Positions 12,713 through 26,367 of a stretch of DNA of 64,000 bases are shown here, piece after piece (the first letter of the stretch is position 1; the number at the start of each line of letters is the position of its first letter). The notes below the pieces were generated by a model, which ran no database searches, was not told the origin of the DNA, and saw only the letters and a program-made list of their open reading frames with translations. Made by a program: the position numbers and the translations under genes. Where the stretch lies: positions 42,966,001 to 43,030,000 of the forward strand of contig NC_043003.1 in the NCBI RefSeq assembly GCF_006345805.1. The letters are read 5' to 3'. The DNA comes from Octopus sinensis. Its lineage: Eukaryota.

Positions 12713-12869
12713 CGCGCGCTTTATAAAGTGTACGTATCATTGTGTGCGATCATACACGCATATTATACATTTGCCGAGTGTAATGTGTGTGTTTATATAT
12801 ATATATACGCAAGTATATAATGGAATGCGTGTATATGAATGTATACGTGCATACCTACATACATATACC

Positions 12870-12897
12870 TATGTATATATATATATTATATATATAT

Positions 12898-12935
<38 letters not shown>

Positions 12936-12995
12936 GATAGATACATACATATATACATACATACATACATACATACATACCACACACACACATAT

Positions 12996-13063
<68 letters not shown>
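12870..13063. repeat. (TA)n/(TACA)n microsatellite block
   Basis: Direct reading. Confidence 0.9.
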
Positions 13064-13064
<1 letters not shown>

Positions 13065-13816
13065 CTACGTGTATTAATGTATGAATGCGTGTTTGATTAA
13101 GCGTACGTAAATGAGCGATAGAGAAAGAGCGTGGGAAAGAAAGAGAGAAACAGAGAGAGAGAGAGAAACTCAAATTGAATAAATTTGAGTTGAAGTGTCT
13201 GTCATGAACAAAGAAATATATTTCCTCTTTACTCAGTTAATAAAAGACTATCACCAATGGAATTGACCAATTTACGAAATATAAAGAATATTTACTCTTC
13301 AATAATTTCGTTTCACTTCAACTTTCTTCATCAATATTTACTATTCAACGTTTGTGTTGATCTTAGCAATTAACAAGTCAATACGATACTTTATGTTTTA
13401 TTCTCATGTTCTAGTTTACTTCCCAACAATTTTTTGTATTCTCTATGTTCATTCACAAACAAACAGTACACATATATGTACTTAGAATTACGAACACAGA
13501 TTTTGATAATCAAGACGCGTACGCCTACACTCTCATACGTAAGGAAACACGCACAAACGCTGATATAGATATAGACACATAGATATAGACACATAGGTTA
13601 GTGTTGTGGTGTAGGCGTTGTTAGTATATTTCTGTGTGAGTGTGCGTGTGTATGTATGTATGTATGTGGATGTATGAATATACTAACAAATACGTACGCA
13701 TATATGTGTGTTGTGTTGTAGGCGTATTTTGTAATTGTGCGTGTCTATGTGTGTGTGTAAATACACACACGTAGGCCTACGCATACACCCACGGTGGTGC
13801 GCAAGCGCATGCGTAA

Positions 13817-13854
<38 letters not shown>

Positions 13855-14675
13855 AGACTCATAAGCATACACACATAAGTGCACAGAGTTATGTAGATAT
13901 ATCATGTAAGTTGCGGAAATTAAAGACAAATTATATTTTAAACCGAATTCCTTGCTAGGAGCGGTCTTTAGGAAAGATATGGTTATATACTCCGATCACC
14001 ACTACTGTATTTTTGTCACACTGTTAGGCAGATTTTTGTCACACTGTTAGGCAGATTTTTGTCTAGTTTCGATTATTTTATTTTAGTTTTCCATTTTCTG
14101 ATTTGGTTCTTTTTATCATCAGGAATGAATCGGTGAATTATCGGATTTAGTGATGCTTTTTTTTCAGTTTTTTTTAAATTTTCGTTAATACAGACATTTG
14201 GTGACGATCAGTGCGTTAGAAACTGAAGAATTATATGGGATTGTTTCCTAAAACAACCTATCCACTTGTGTCAGAACCCGAGCTGTCAAGGATCAGCTTA
14301 CTATGAAATACGCTTTTCTGTAGACGATGAAAAAGAGTGCCGGACCATTTGGCATAACCATGGTTCCTGGTTTCTTCTCATTTATTTCAGTTGGCTGTAT
14401 TCTCAAATTTTAACGCCAAGTAACAATTGATGAAAAAGGTAGGTTACCAAAGAGATAATGGTTAATGACAGTGCACACATTAATATAAAGGAATATGGTT
14501 TACTCGACATCTTTATGTGACAAACATTGTGCTGTTGGAGGGATTGCACTATTCCAAAGATATTTATAAAATCAATCAAACATTTGTTTGCACAGAAAAT
14601 CTTGATAACAGTGAAATCATAATTTATAATTTTATGGAGATATTTTAAATGCTATTGCTTAATCTCTATAAATAA

Positions 14676-14890
14676 TAGTTTCAAATTTTGCCACAAGGGC
14701 AGCCATTTTGGGGAAGAGGTTGAGTCGTTTACACCAACCCCAGTATTCAACTGGTACTTATTTTATCGACTCCGAAGGGATGAAAGGCAAAGAGAAGCTC
14801 GGCAGAATTTGAACTCACAAAGCAACGACGGGCGAAATACCGCTAAGCATTTCGTCCAGCGTGCTAACGATTCTGTCAGCTAGCCAGCTT
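14676..14890 (-). mobile_element. SINE family B
   Basis: Reverse complement of gctggcagaatcgttagcacg...gagttcaaattc...cctttcatccc..cggagtcgataaaataagtaccag. Confidence 0.8.
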
Positions 14891-15199
14891 AATATCTATT
14901 AATAATAGACACCCATACTGGATGCATTTAGGTTCTGGCTGGTAACCTTATCTGAATAAGCAATTAAACATTTGAATTGTGATTCTGTTTATTTAGTATA
15001 GATCTCTAATTTCCTAGATTTTAAGAGATAGTACTTTATACTGTACTGTAGTTGAAAAGCATTTAGATTCTGTCTATCCTCCTATTTTACTTTTATCCTA
15101 AGGATTCTCTAAAGAATATTATAAACGTTTGAGAAGAAGGACACTGATTTCTTTTGCACCGCGTGTATAGGGAAACGTTTGGGAAAGGTCTTTGTCTAC

Positions 15200-16403
15200 T
15201 TAGTAGTCACTTTGGTTACCATAGTGAAGCTCCATCATATAAAAGATTTCATAATGGTAATTTGAAGCCCTCCATTCCTATTGCACACTCCGTTCATCTT
15301 CATGAATGATATGAGAAGATGGAACTTCATGCCATTGCCTATGAAAGATACTCATGGAAAGTATGTGGAATTTTAAGTCATTGGAATGTTAATGGAAATG
15401 CAGTTAGGTTTCACAAAATACTATTGTTTCTTGTGCCTTTGGAATATTCGGGCAACTGACAGACATTATTCGAAATCAAACTGGCAGACAAGAACATCAT
15501 ATCACACAGGACTGTCTAGCGTCAAGAATATACCGCTTGTAGATCAATGTACTGTCCTATTGGCTCCTTTGCACATAAAGCTTAGAATGATGAAACAGTT
15601 TATAAAGTCAGTTGGGAAGAGACATACTAGATGGTTCGAGTAGATTGTAGAAAAGTTTCTCAAAATCACACAGGCGAAGTTGAAAGTGGGTATCTTTGTC
15701 GAACCCCAATTAGAGAAGTATTCAAAGATGTCAACTTCAGGATAACACTGGATGAACTGGAACTGCCTGCCTGGAAGGCTTTCATTTGGATCTGCGAGAA
15801 TTTCTTGGGCAACAAGAAGGCAATGGACTACAAGAATGACGTCAAGAATCTTCTGAAATGTTACTCAGCAACGGGTTGAAGCATGTCACTGAAAGTTCAC
15901 TCCTTGGACTCCCATACAGATATTTTCACAGACAACTTTGGAGCAGTGTCTGATGAACATGGTCAAAGATTTCACCGGGAGAGTAGTGCTATGGAGAAAC
16001 GGTACCAAGGCTTCTAGCATGACAGTATCCCGGCTAACTACTGCTGGACAGTTAACCGTGATCAACTAGATCAGGAACACTGCAGGAAATCTAAATCCCA
16101 ATGTTTCTAACTCTGTTGTTCTTTGTTTTGTCTGACCTGTTTTTGTACTCACTCTTTCTAGAAAAGATAGTAATGATTTTTAACTCAATAAATTCATTTA
16201 CTTTCTAGAAATAATATGTCCTTATTTATTACGTTAATGATTTCATATACACAAATATGTAAATATTTGCATGTATCTACTGAAAAACTGATACGTGCTG
16301 CATACAAATGGAGTGCAATTTTGAAATTAGCATGAAAAATTAGTCTAAAAATGTCGGTTTGCATTCATAATTAGTATAATGCATTTAATTTTGTTGACCA
16401 ATG
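15200..16403 (+). mobile_element. Chapaev3-like (CMC superfamily) DNA transposon remnant: C-terminal transposase plus 3' terminus
   Basis: Decayed ORF to TAA 16108-16110: HNGNLKPSIPIAHSVH, GFTKYYCFLCLW, LLAPLHIKL, SMSLKVH..DSH, GAVSDEHGQRFH, EKRYQG, YCWTV; terminus ...ttttgttgaccaatg at 16403; family assignment from recalled motifs. Confidence 0.7.
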
Positions 16404-17178
16404 TAATTGGCAGTTTGTTCATTACAACTTCAAATATTTGTGTATTATAAATTAGAAATATCTGATATGAAGAACTGACATTTTATGGAAACATTAAGTA
16501 GAAATGTGTTTTGATACGTATAAAACGTGTGAAGTACAGGGAGAGGAATCTAAAATATAGGACTACAGGAGCGGAACTAGGATTACTCTTCAAATTAATT
16601 CCATACCTCGAAATCAGTGCTTCAGTCTACGACTGTAGAACGTAATAGGATATCGTTAACATAGTCTTCAGACGTAATACAGATCTTCTAGATCTGGGAA
16701 GCGGGTACCAGAGATCGGGTAGAGATTGACTACATGTGCACCGAACAAATCAGTGCTACATATACACGATTTGGTCAAATCGAGGACACATGTCAAGACC
16801 AATGCCTGCTATTTGAATATACGTTGGTGAAATACTTTTAATTATGAGCGAACTTGTTTCATTGTAATTTTAATACGTCTGCAGGCTACGAGAAAGCAAT
16901 TAGAAGAGATTTGCTTACAGACATACAAAGATAAATGAAAGCCCATTGTAGAGTTTATCTGCGGAAATGCACAATTTCGGATGATTTTGATTATTCGCAA
17001 TGAAGAAATGTTAAATCCCTTGAAGACGTAGCTTTGGAACTAAGAGCAATAATTTTAATATAAACACTGCTAACAGCAACAGCATTCAAACAACAACAAA
17101 AAAAAGGCAACATCATTAACGCTGCGTAAATTAGAGTAAATTTGTAAATATAAGACACATATACAGTAGCCAGACTCG

Positions 17179-17209
<31 letters not shown>

Positions 17210-17464
17210 ACTCCCTCTTTCTCTTTCTCTCACAGACACTTATGCACATAGAAATATCTATGTGTGCGCGCGAGAGTGCATAAACATTCAAAGAATACGT
17301 AGATGCATATACACATAAGTATATAAATATTAATGTTAAATTAGCTAAACTACAAGTGAGAACAAACGGATACTGATGAAAGGAGTCGAATGTTGTGTTG
17401 GAAGTAACTTTATTACATATTGGGTTTGACTGTAGCATCATATATATATACATACATATATATA

Positions 17465-17675
17465 TATATATATTTATGTATGTATGTATATGTATATATA
17501 TATATATACATATATATGTGTGTATCTGTATTCATATACAAATACATAGATGCACAAATATATACGCATGATTACCTACTAACCCACCTACCTACATGCT
17601 GCTATTTATGTTTACATATATACCTACCCCTATACCTTCATGCATGCATAAATGCATACAAATATTATATATATG

Positions 17676-17732
<57 letters not shown>

Positions 17733-18016
17733 GTATACATACATATATATGCATGTACATATATGCGTATATATATATATATCATATATATATATACATA
17801 TATATATATATATTTATGTATGTATGTATATGTATATATATATATACATATATATGTGTGTATCTGTATTCATATACAAATACATAGATGCACAAATATA
17901 TACGCATGATTACCTACTAACCACCTACCTACATGCTGCTATTTATGTTTACATATATACCTACCCCTATACCTTCATGCATGCATAAATGCATACAAAT
18001 ATTAATATATATGTAT

Positions 18017-18068
<52 letters not shown>

Positions 18069-18102
18069 GTATACATACATATATATGCATGTACATATAT
18101 GC

Positions 18103-18135
<33 letters not shown>
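17465..18135. repeat. Tandem duplication of a ~337-bp microsatellite-rich unit
   Basis: Identical ORF-track starts [15 protein letters not shown] at 17596 and 17933; unique anchors gatgcacaaatatatacgcatgattacctact repeated. Confidence 0.9.
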
Positions 18136-18136
<1 letters not shown>

Positions 18137-18555
18137 TATAATATAATATAATATTATATATATAGGCAGCTAAAGAGAAGTTCGTAAAGCTAGAACGCGG
18201 AACTAAAGAGATATTTATTGATGTTCCGCCTGTATCTAGTTATCTGAGATTTCCTAGTGTCTAGTGTCTTTGTACATAGTTATATACTCAATGTAGAACA
18301 TATCTGAAGTAGTTCCTGGCCTGCAGCTAACATCAACTTTGATAAGAAGTGCTATACAGTGAGTAAGTTCTGTAGTTCTACTCAGTACATTTGTACAAAG
18401 ATTTTACATTGCATATTATCAGGTAGTGTATAGGACGTAGACAGTTTCAAGAATTCAAGTTTGTACAAGTAAACACGGACGTTTACATATGCACACATAC
18501 ATATGTATCAAATCTTAAAAGCAAATATACGTATGTACACTTTATTTGTGTTAAC

Positions 18556-18595
<40 letters not shown>

Positions 18596-18952
18596 TGTAT
18601 GTATATATATATATGTATATGTGTATGTACGTATGCATGTGTGTGTATTTTTGTGAGTATATATATACACATATATGTTTGCATATATATATAAATATAT
18701 ATGTGTGTGTGTGTTTGTGTCTGTGTATGTGTATGTATGTATACGTGTGTGTGTGTGTATTTTAGTGAGTACGTACGCATATATATAGTTATATTTAGTT
18801 ACATGAATGTCCATTAAAACTTAAACTAAGCCGCGAGACAATTCTATTATCTCAAAAGAAAAACCAATGAATAAAATTATAAATATACGCCCGTATATAT
18901 ATATATATATTATATATATATATATATATTATATATATATATATATGGATGC

Positions 18953-19006
<54 letters not shown>

Positions 19007-19138
19007 TAATAATAATGATAATAATAATGATAATAATAATGATAATAATAATGATAATAATAATAATAATAATAATAATATAATAATAATAATAATAATA
19101 ATAATTAATAATAAAATAATAATAATAATAATAATAAT

Positions 19139-19190
<52 letters not shown>

Positions 19191-19203
19191 CAACAACAAC
19201 AAC

Positions 19204-19237
<34 letters not shown>

Positions 19238-19256
19238 GTAGTAGTAGTAATAATAA
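18953..19256. repeat. Compound (AAT)n/(AAC)n/(AGT)n trinucleotide array
   Basis: Direct reading. Confidence 0.95.
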
Positions 19257-19463
19257 TATGCTAAATAACAAACAAGAGCGATTACAAAACACTCCATAAC
19301 ATACAGAGATTAATTCAGATACTAAAATATGTCGAAAAAGTTTACGAATACAATCGCAGTTTCAAATATCGAACTTCTGAATAGTGATCAGATGAAACTA
19401 CTGTAGACTCTAAACAAGAATATTTATATATAGTGAAGCATATGTATGCATGGATACATGGCA

Positions 19464-19517
<54 letters not shown>

Positions 19518-19527
19518 GGAGAGAGAA

Positions 19528-19947
19528 TTTATTTAAAAGCAGCGAAAATTCAACAAAACCTGTTACTCGGAGTTTCACGTTCCCGTTCGTCGGACAGTTT
19601 TGTTAAAATAGAACCGATATGACAATTCTTTCAAGACTAGTATAAACGTTACACCTTTAAAAATGGATTTGTTTGATTGGTCCTTTCAAATTAAGGTCAG
19701 ATGCGAGCGATAAACAAAAATAAACAAAACAAATAAATGGGTTCAATATAAAATATAAAATTATAAAAATTATTTTTGTTCATCGCTCGCATATGACCGT
19801 TACTTGAAAGGACCAATCAAACAAATCCATTTTTAAAGGTGTAACGTTTATACTTATCGGTTCTATTTTAACAAAAGTGTCCGACGAACGGGAACGTGAA
19901 ACTCCGAGTAACAGGCTTTGTTGAACTTCCGCTGCTTTTAAATAAAG
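19528..19947. mobile_element. Fold-back element with ~190-bp arms, each carrying a hammerhead-like core
   Basis: 19528-19725 is reverse complement of 19770-19947 (one ~22-nt indel). Confidence 0.85.
19555..19601 (-). ncRNA. Variant type-I hammerhead motif (CCGACGA core, GUA cleavage triplet)
   Basis: aaaacugu CCGACGA acg-ggaa-cgu GAAA cu-ccg-agU A acagguuuu; stems I, II, III all pair; mirrored on plus strand at 19873-19919. Confidence 0.5.
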
Positions 19948-21135
19948 CATATTACTCTACCCCTGGTATTTGAGTACTCTTTTTTCCACCTTGTTTCACA
20001 TTTATGTGTTTACTCCGGTATATATATATATATATGCACATATATGGTGATTGCTCCATCTTCATGGATGATTTCCACTCTCTTATATTACGTTTTTGTG
20101 AAAATTAGTCGTGAGTTTCCATCCATAACCTCTCATGTAAATATTCGTCCTGCTGTTTTCTAACTATGTACTTCAAAGCCGTTAGCTCTGCAAATGTCTC
20201 CTCTCTTCCATCACCACAGAAGATTCAATAGACGGAATGGCAAACAAGAAGCGAGGTCACCTTAAAGGGACATCTCTACGTCATTGGAATACGTATAACA
20301 ATTTGTAATACGTATAACAATTTGTGAGTCTTCGTGATTACTATTTAGTGCCAGGCTGAAACATGATGAACAGATTTCGGGTGAAACACTAGCGTGTCTC
20401 TCCTAGAAAGATATTGTGTCTACTGTATCCTTCACGCTTAGTGGTTTATATGTACATGCTACGTAACATAGCTAGGGCCCTGACAGGCTGTACTATGATG
20501 GGATAGAGAAAACATGGGAACTGAGTGGTGGTTCCACACTCCTTGAAACACTAGACCTCTTGATTTACAAACGTATAGGGGTTCAAATTCAACGACGAGA
20601 ATAACATGTTGGTTTACGTGGGAACAAGATATAGTTATTAATTTCGCCTTCGATAAGAGATTAACTATGAAGGAGAAACTTTGACATTTTGAGTATATCC
20701 CCTTTTTCAGAAATTTTCATATCTTGAAGAAGGATGAAATTGTATGTTGGTTTTGATATATATATATATATATTTGCATATATACATACACAGACAGACA
20801 CACATATATAAGAAAGCAGTAATGTTACACATACACACACGCATATGTACATACATCTCTCTCTCTCTCTCTCTCTCCACACACACACACACACATACTC
20901 ACACGTACACGCACACATGTTTGCTATATTGATGAGACTATATTCCGAGTTGTGTCCTCGTAAAGTAATCTGTCTATTCCAGTGATCAAAGGTATGTATG
21001 CAAATGTTTTATTTCAAATGAGGAAATCAGTTTCCAATTGTTTAAGTATACTATTTTGAATCTTTGTCAGAAAATGTACATTTGGGTGATGTCCTACATG
21101 TTTATCCAATATACCTTAAATCTTTCATACCTCAC

Positions 21136-21540
21136 CTGTTTCAGTCGTTAGACTGCGGTCATGCTGGGGCATCACCATGAAGAATTTATAGTCGTGTGAT
21201 TCGATCTCAGGAATTATTTTTTTAAAAATCTGTGTCATTCTATTGGTCTCGTTTACCGGACTGCTAGTTAGGGAGAGGTAAGCACATCAACACCGGTTGC
21301 CAAGCGGTGATGGGGGAACGAACATAGACACAAAGGGACGTCTGCACACACACAAACACACACAATCACACACACACACATAACCGCACTCACATACACA
21401 AACAAGCGCACACATGTATACGATGACCTTATTTAACTCATACTAATTTGGCCGGACCAAGGTTAAAGTACAAGACACCCGTCCAAGGTGCCCCGCAGTA
21501 GGACTGAATCAGGGACAGTGTGACTGGAAGGTAAACTTGT
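21136..21540 (-). mobile_element. SINE family A, degenerate
   Basis: tgtttcagtcgttagactgcggtcatgctgg tail and caccggttgccaagcggtgatgggg body in reverse. Confidence 0.7.
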
Positions 21541-21613
21541 GTATTTCTCTTATGAATTTACTATATTTATATTACAATTGATATTTATTTTCATAAAATA
21601 TATTTCTCATTAT

Positions 21614-22041
21614 AAGCGTAGGCGTGGCTGTGGGCAAGAAGCTTGCTTCCCAATGACATGGTTCCGGGTTCAGTTCCATTGCATGGCATCTTGAGCAATT
21701 GTCTTCTACTATAGCCTCGGGTCGACCAAAGTATTGTGAGTGGATTTGGTAGATGGAAACTGAAAGAAGCCCCCATATATATGTATGTATGTATGTGTGT
21801 GTGTGTGTGTCTTTGTATATATGTGTGTGTGTCTTTGTTTCGGGGTTTATCACACCCTCCAACATCACTTGACATCCGGTGTTCGTGCATTGAAGTCTCC
21901 GTAACTTAGCGGTTCGGCTAAACAGACTGATATAATAAGTATTAAGTTTAAAAAGTACTGGGGTCGATTTGCTTCACTAAAACCCTTCAAGGCGGTGCTC
22001 CAGCATGGCCACAGTCAAATGACAGAAACAAGGAAACAGAG
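21614..22041 (+). mobile_element. SINE family A
   Basis: aagcgtaggcgtggctgtg head to ggtgctccagcatggccacagtcaaatgacagaaac tail. Confidence 0.85.
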
Positions 22042-22999
22042 TATCTTGTAATGAAACACGTGTATCACAGAATTAACATGGTAGTAGTAAATAGTACCAC
22101 ACATTCCAGTCTTTGTTTAATATATATTCATATATATATATATGAATGTATGTATGTATGTATGTATGTATGTCTTCCGAATGTATGTGCGAGTGTTATT
22201 TTCGCAATGTGTGTTCGATTCACTGTTTCTATTAATAATTATTTTTTCATATTTCTTTATTGGCTCTATATTTTGAAACAATTACTTTCATCTATTGATC
22301 AATACTTCTGATAACCCTTAACCCCGTACTTTAGATGAAGTCTGCTTCGAGGCATTTGTATTGCCGAATTTTTTGAAGTGCGAACAATGAAGGCGTTTAT
22401 ATATTTTTTTGTAGAAATTCTCCTACACATATAAACATGCATATGACGATTTCGAATTTATTTGTAGCAATAGTTTCATTTATTAGTAACTACGCACTAA
22501 CAAACAACAAGAAAAAGAAAAAAATAGTGACACACAAAAATAGCAATAACAACTATTTAATCCAGGAGATGAAGCCAATGATAATTAGAAACGTTTAGTG
22601 AATTAGTAAAGCTATTTTTGAAAATTAAATATAAAAGATTACTAAAGAAATATTAGAAAAAAATTGATTAATTGATTGATTATTAATTGATTAAAGTTGA
22701 ACACTGTCTAGGAAAGTTGTCTTTATATAGGTTTGAAAGGAAAATTGTTTTCCATATATCCTCCATTCACACACCACATAAACATGCACACACTCACATA
22801 TGTATGTATGTATGTATGTATGTATGTTGTATGTATGTATGTATGTATGTATATTTTTGAGAGTCATATACATTCGCTTGCTTTCTTCCAAAGAATTCAG
22901 TGCTCTTAGCTTAGACTTTCTTGAGTTCGCCCAGATTAAAGCAATCTCAAGATTAACCGTCCGAAGCTGCAAAAACGATCTGCTTCTCGACTGATGATT

Positions 23000-23395
23000 G
23001 AAAGCTCTGAATGACCCGTCGACGTATTTTGGGGTCAGTCACTATAGCACAGATGTGACTCGCTATGCAGTATGGAATGTTTCTTTTGATGTGTGATGAA
23101 TGGCAAGAGTAGAAATTTAAATATTGGTGTGTATCAGTTTTTTTTTGTAAAATATGTCTGTTGTGACTGTGGAGTTCTGTATTTTTATGTGGGTATCCAG
23201 GAATGGTAGTTCATTGAAACTGGATTCTGTCGTGAATTTGATGGTTGGGTGAAGTGTGTTCAGTATATTGTTAAATATATTTAGATCTTCATTCGATTTG
23301 TCTCAGAAGATGAAGCAATCATCAAGGAAGCGTTTCCACTTTTTAATGATATATTTCTTGTACTCCTGATCAAAAGATCTTTCTATTGCTTCATA
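23000..23395 (-). pseudogene. Penelope-like element reverse transcriptase C-terminal fragment
   Basis: KKWKRFLDDCFIF*DKSNEDL..LNTLHPTIKFTTE..NELPFLD..TTDIFYK(K)TDTHQYLNFYSCH..HIKRNIPY is the PLE RT motif 5-7 and thumb pattern. Confidence 0.85.
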
Positions 23396-23447
23396 TATAT
23401 ATATATATATACACGCACACACACACATACATACATAAATACATATA

Positions 23448-23480
<33 letters not shown>

Positions 23481-23490
23481 AATATATATA

Positions 23491-24035
23491 TAATTGTCAC
23501 TAAATGTGACTAGGGTGTTAGAAAACACCTACAACGCTAGAAATAAGAAAGGAAAATGCTGTAGTTAACGCGCGCGAATGAAAACATATTCACTAAAAGG
23601 GACCATAATTGTCCGAAAAATACCGACACAAATTCTTGAGACTGACGCGTCAGTTTCGGCAACCTCCGTTGCCATCATCAAGTAAGCTAGCTCAGTGTTA
23701 GGCTATTTCCGGACTTGTTTTTCTATTAGCATATATGTTTTCGTCATCCAAACTAATGGGTGATTTAGTGATTAGCTAATGTGTATACACAAAATTAATG
23801 TAAACACCAGTTTGCAATGTTTCACCAAAAAGGATAATTATAATTATCAGTAGGTTGTCGAAACTGACTCGTCAGTCTTAAGAATTTTCTGTCGGTATTT
23901 TTCGGACAATTACGGTCAATTTCAGTGTATATGTTTTCATTGATGTGCATTAAGTACAGCGTTAGAGCATTTTTAGCTCTTATTTCTAGCAATGCAGGTG
24001 TTTCTTAACACCCTAGTCACATATAGTGACAATTA
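23491..24035. mobile_element. Fold-back element (~180-bp arms) with a decayed hammerhead core at 23633-23686 (minus)
   Basis: taattgtcactaaatgtgactagggtgtta... at 23491 mirrors ...taacaccctagtcacatatagtgacaatta at 24035; UUGAUGA-u-ggcaac/guugcc-GAAA-cugac/gucag-UC. Confidence 0.75.
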
Positions 24036-24076
24036 CATATCTCTTTTATGTGAAACATTGCAGCCTGCTGTTTATA

Positions 24077-24147
<71 letters not shown>

Positions 24148-24149
<2 letters not shown>

Positions 24150-24811
24150 TTATTATATAGAAGGAGCTTCTACAGGACTAGAACTGTTTCATTCAAGAGA
24201 AATCTTCAGGAAGCTAGTTAACAAGAATTGTATTGGCATTTATACATTTAGGCAGGTTTAAAGGGGTGTCGGTGGGGGACTTTTTGGGGGTAGGCATAGC
24301 GCAAAATATCATACTTGGGGGAGTGGTCAAGGAGTCAGTGTTAAATTAGATAGGAGAATAAATAAAAAAATCAAAAAATCAAAAAATCTATATATAAAAA
24401 AAAGGGGAATAGAGTTTTAGGTAAATAAGGAGATTCTCACTTATACCTATGCACACATGTATACATACATACACACACATACAAACATATATACATATAC
24501 ATACACACATACATACACACACATATATATACATATATATACACTTACACATACATATACATATCTACACATACACATATATGTATACATACACACACTC
24601 ACATGCATACACGTATACACACATGTATATATACACACACGACCACACATACATATACGCACAGAAAAATATATATACACATACACACACATACTCACAT
24701 GCACGCATACACACACATATCCACACACACGCATGCACACACAGCACACTAGTCCCTATATACACATATATACACATACACACACATATATACACACACA
24801 TACACACATAT

Positions 24812-24856
<45 letters not shown>

Positions 24857-25270
24857 TACATGTGTGTACCTATGCATACCTACACATACACACATATATC
24901 TACACATACAAATACAGACCCATTCCCTAATTTTAATTTTATTATCTTCGTTTATTACTTTTGTTATCTTTGGCCGCTTGGTCACAAACATCTTGGCTAT
25001 GACAGCCAGTCCATTTATCTGTCTACTGGAAAACAAGCACTCATTCACTCACGCACACTCTTTAGCACGTACACTCACTCATTCGTACACTCAAACACAT
25101 ACACGCACGCACGCGTTATATTCATACATACATACATCTACATACATTCACGTATATACACATACGTACGCGTACCTACAGATTCATGTCTACACTCTTA
25201 GAAGGCTAGTCTATATATATACACCAATAAATATAAATACACACACATACATATACACCTACATACAAAT

Positions 25271-25330
<60 letters not shown>

Positions 25331-25742
25331 TCACATATATATACACACATATATACACATACATACACACACACACATACGCATACACACACATATACAT
25401 ATATATACACTACACGCACATACACATGTACATGCGTACGCATACACACACACACACACGCGCGCATCCATATATACACATAAGTACACATATAGATTTT
25501 TTTATTTTTTTATTTTTTTATTTTTTATTTATTCTCCTATCTAATTTAACACTGACTCCTTGACCACTCCCCCAAGTATGATATTTTGCGCTATGCCTAC
25601 CCCCAAAAAGTCCCCCACCGACACCCCCTTAAACCTGCCTAAATGTATAAATGCCAATACAATTCTTGTTAACTAGCTTCCTGAAGATTTCTCTTGAATG
25701 AAACAGTTCTAGTCCTGTAGAAGCTCCTTCTATATAATAAAT
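24148..25742. mobile_element. Unclassified long-TIR fold-back element (~220-bp TIRs) with microsatellite-like interior
   Basis: 24148-24370 reverse-complements 25521-25742 at high identity; no ORF; partial second copy at 57617-58464. Confidence 0.85.
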
Positions 25743-25831
25743 TAATTTTACTCTGCTATGTATTGAGTACCTTATTTACTGTGGTTAACCCCGAATCAAC
25801 CGGGACCTACATATATATATATATTATATAT

Positions 25832-25914
<83 letters not shown>

Positions 25915-26248
25915 ATGTATGTATGTATGTATTTATGTATGTTGTATGTATGTATGTATGTATGTATGTATGTATTATGTATGTATGTATGTATGTATGT
26001 ATGTATGTATGTATGTATGTATGTATGCATGTATGGTTGAAAAAAGATTAGAGTTCTATGCAGATCGAATTTTTACATATAAAAAATTAAGGTGGTAATA
26101 GCACAGAAGTAAATCTAAGAAATTTTAATTTAGAAAGAATTTAATAAAAATGATTTTAAAATTATATAATATTACCAGTTTCGATGACGAATCTCATCTT
26201 ACCAAATATTAGTAAAAATTTATATAAGTTTGAAATATATATATATAT

Positions 26249-26367
26249 AGGCGCAGAAGTGGCTATGTGGTAAAAAGCTTACTTCACAACATCATGGTTC
26301 CAGATTCAGTCCCACTGCGTGGCACCTTCTGAAAGTATCTTCTGCTATAGCCTCGGGCCGGCCAAAG
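26249..26367 (+). mobile_element. SINE family A, head only
   Basis: aggcgcagaagtggctatgtggtaa...cagtcccactgcgtggcacc. Confidence 0.8.

Noticed and set aside
14302-14393. Possible minus-strand exon ending ATA|gtaagc (MVMPNGPALFFIVYRKAYFI)
   Set aside because: Weak acceptor, no recognisable homology.
16607-16632. 26-nt minus-strand micro-exon with good-looking ctacag| and |gtatgg sites
   Set aside because: Stops in all three frames; could only be a UTR exon and there is no transcript evidence.
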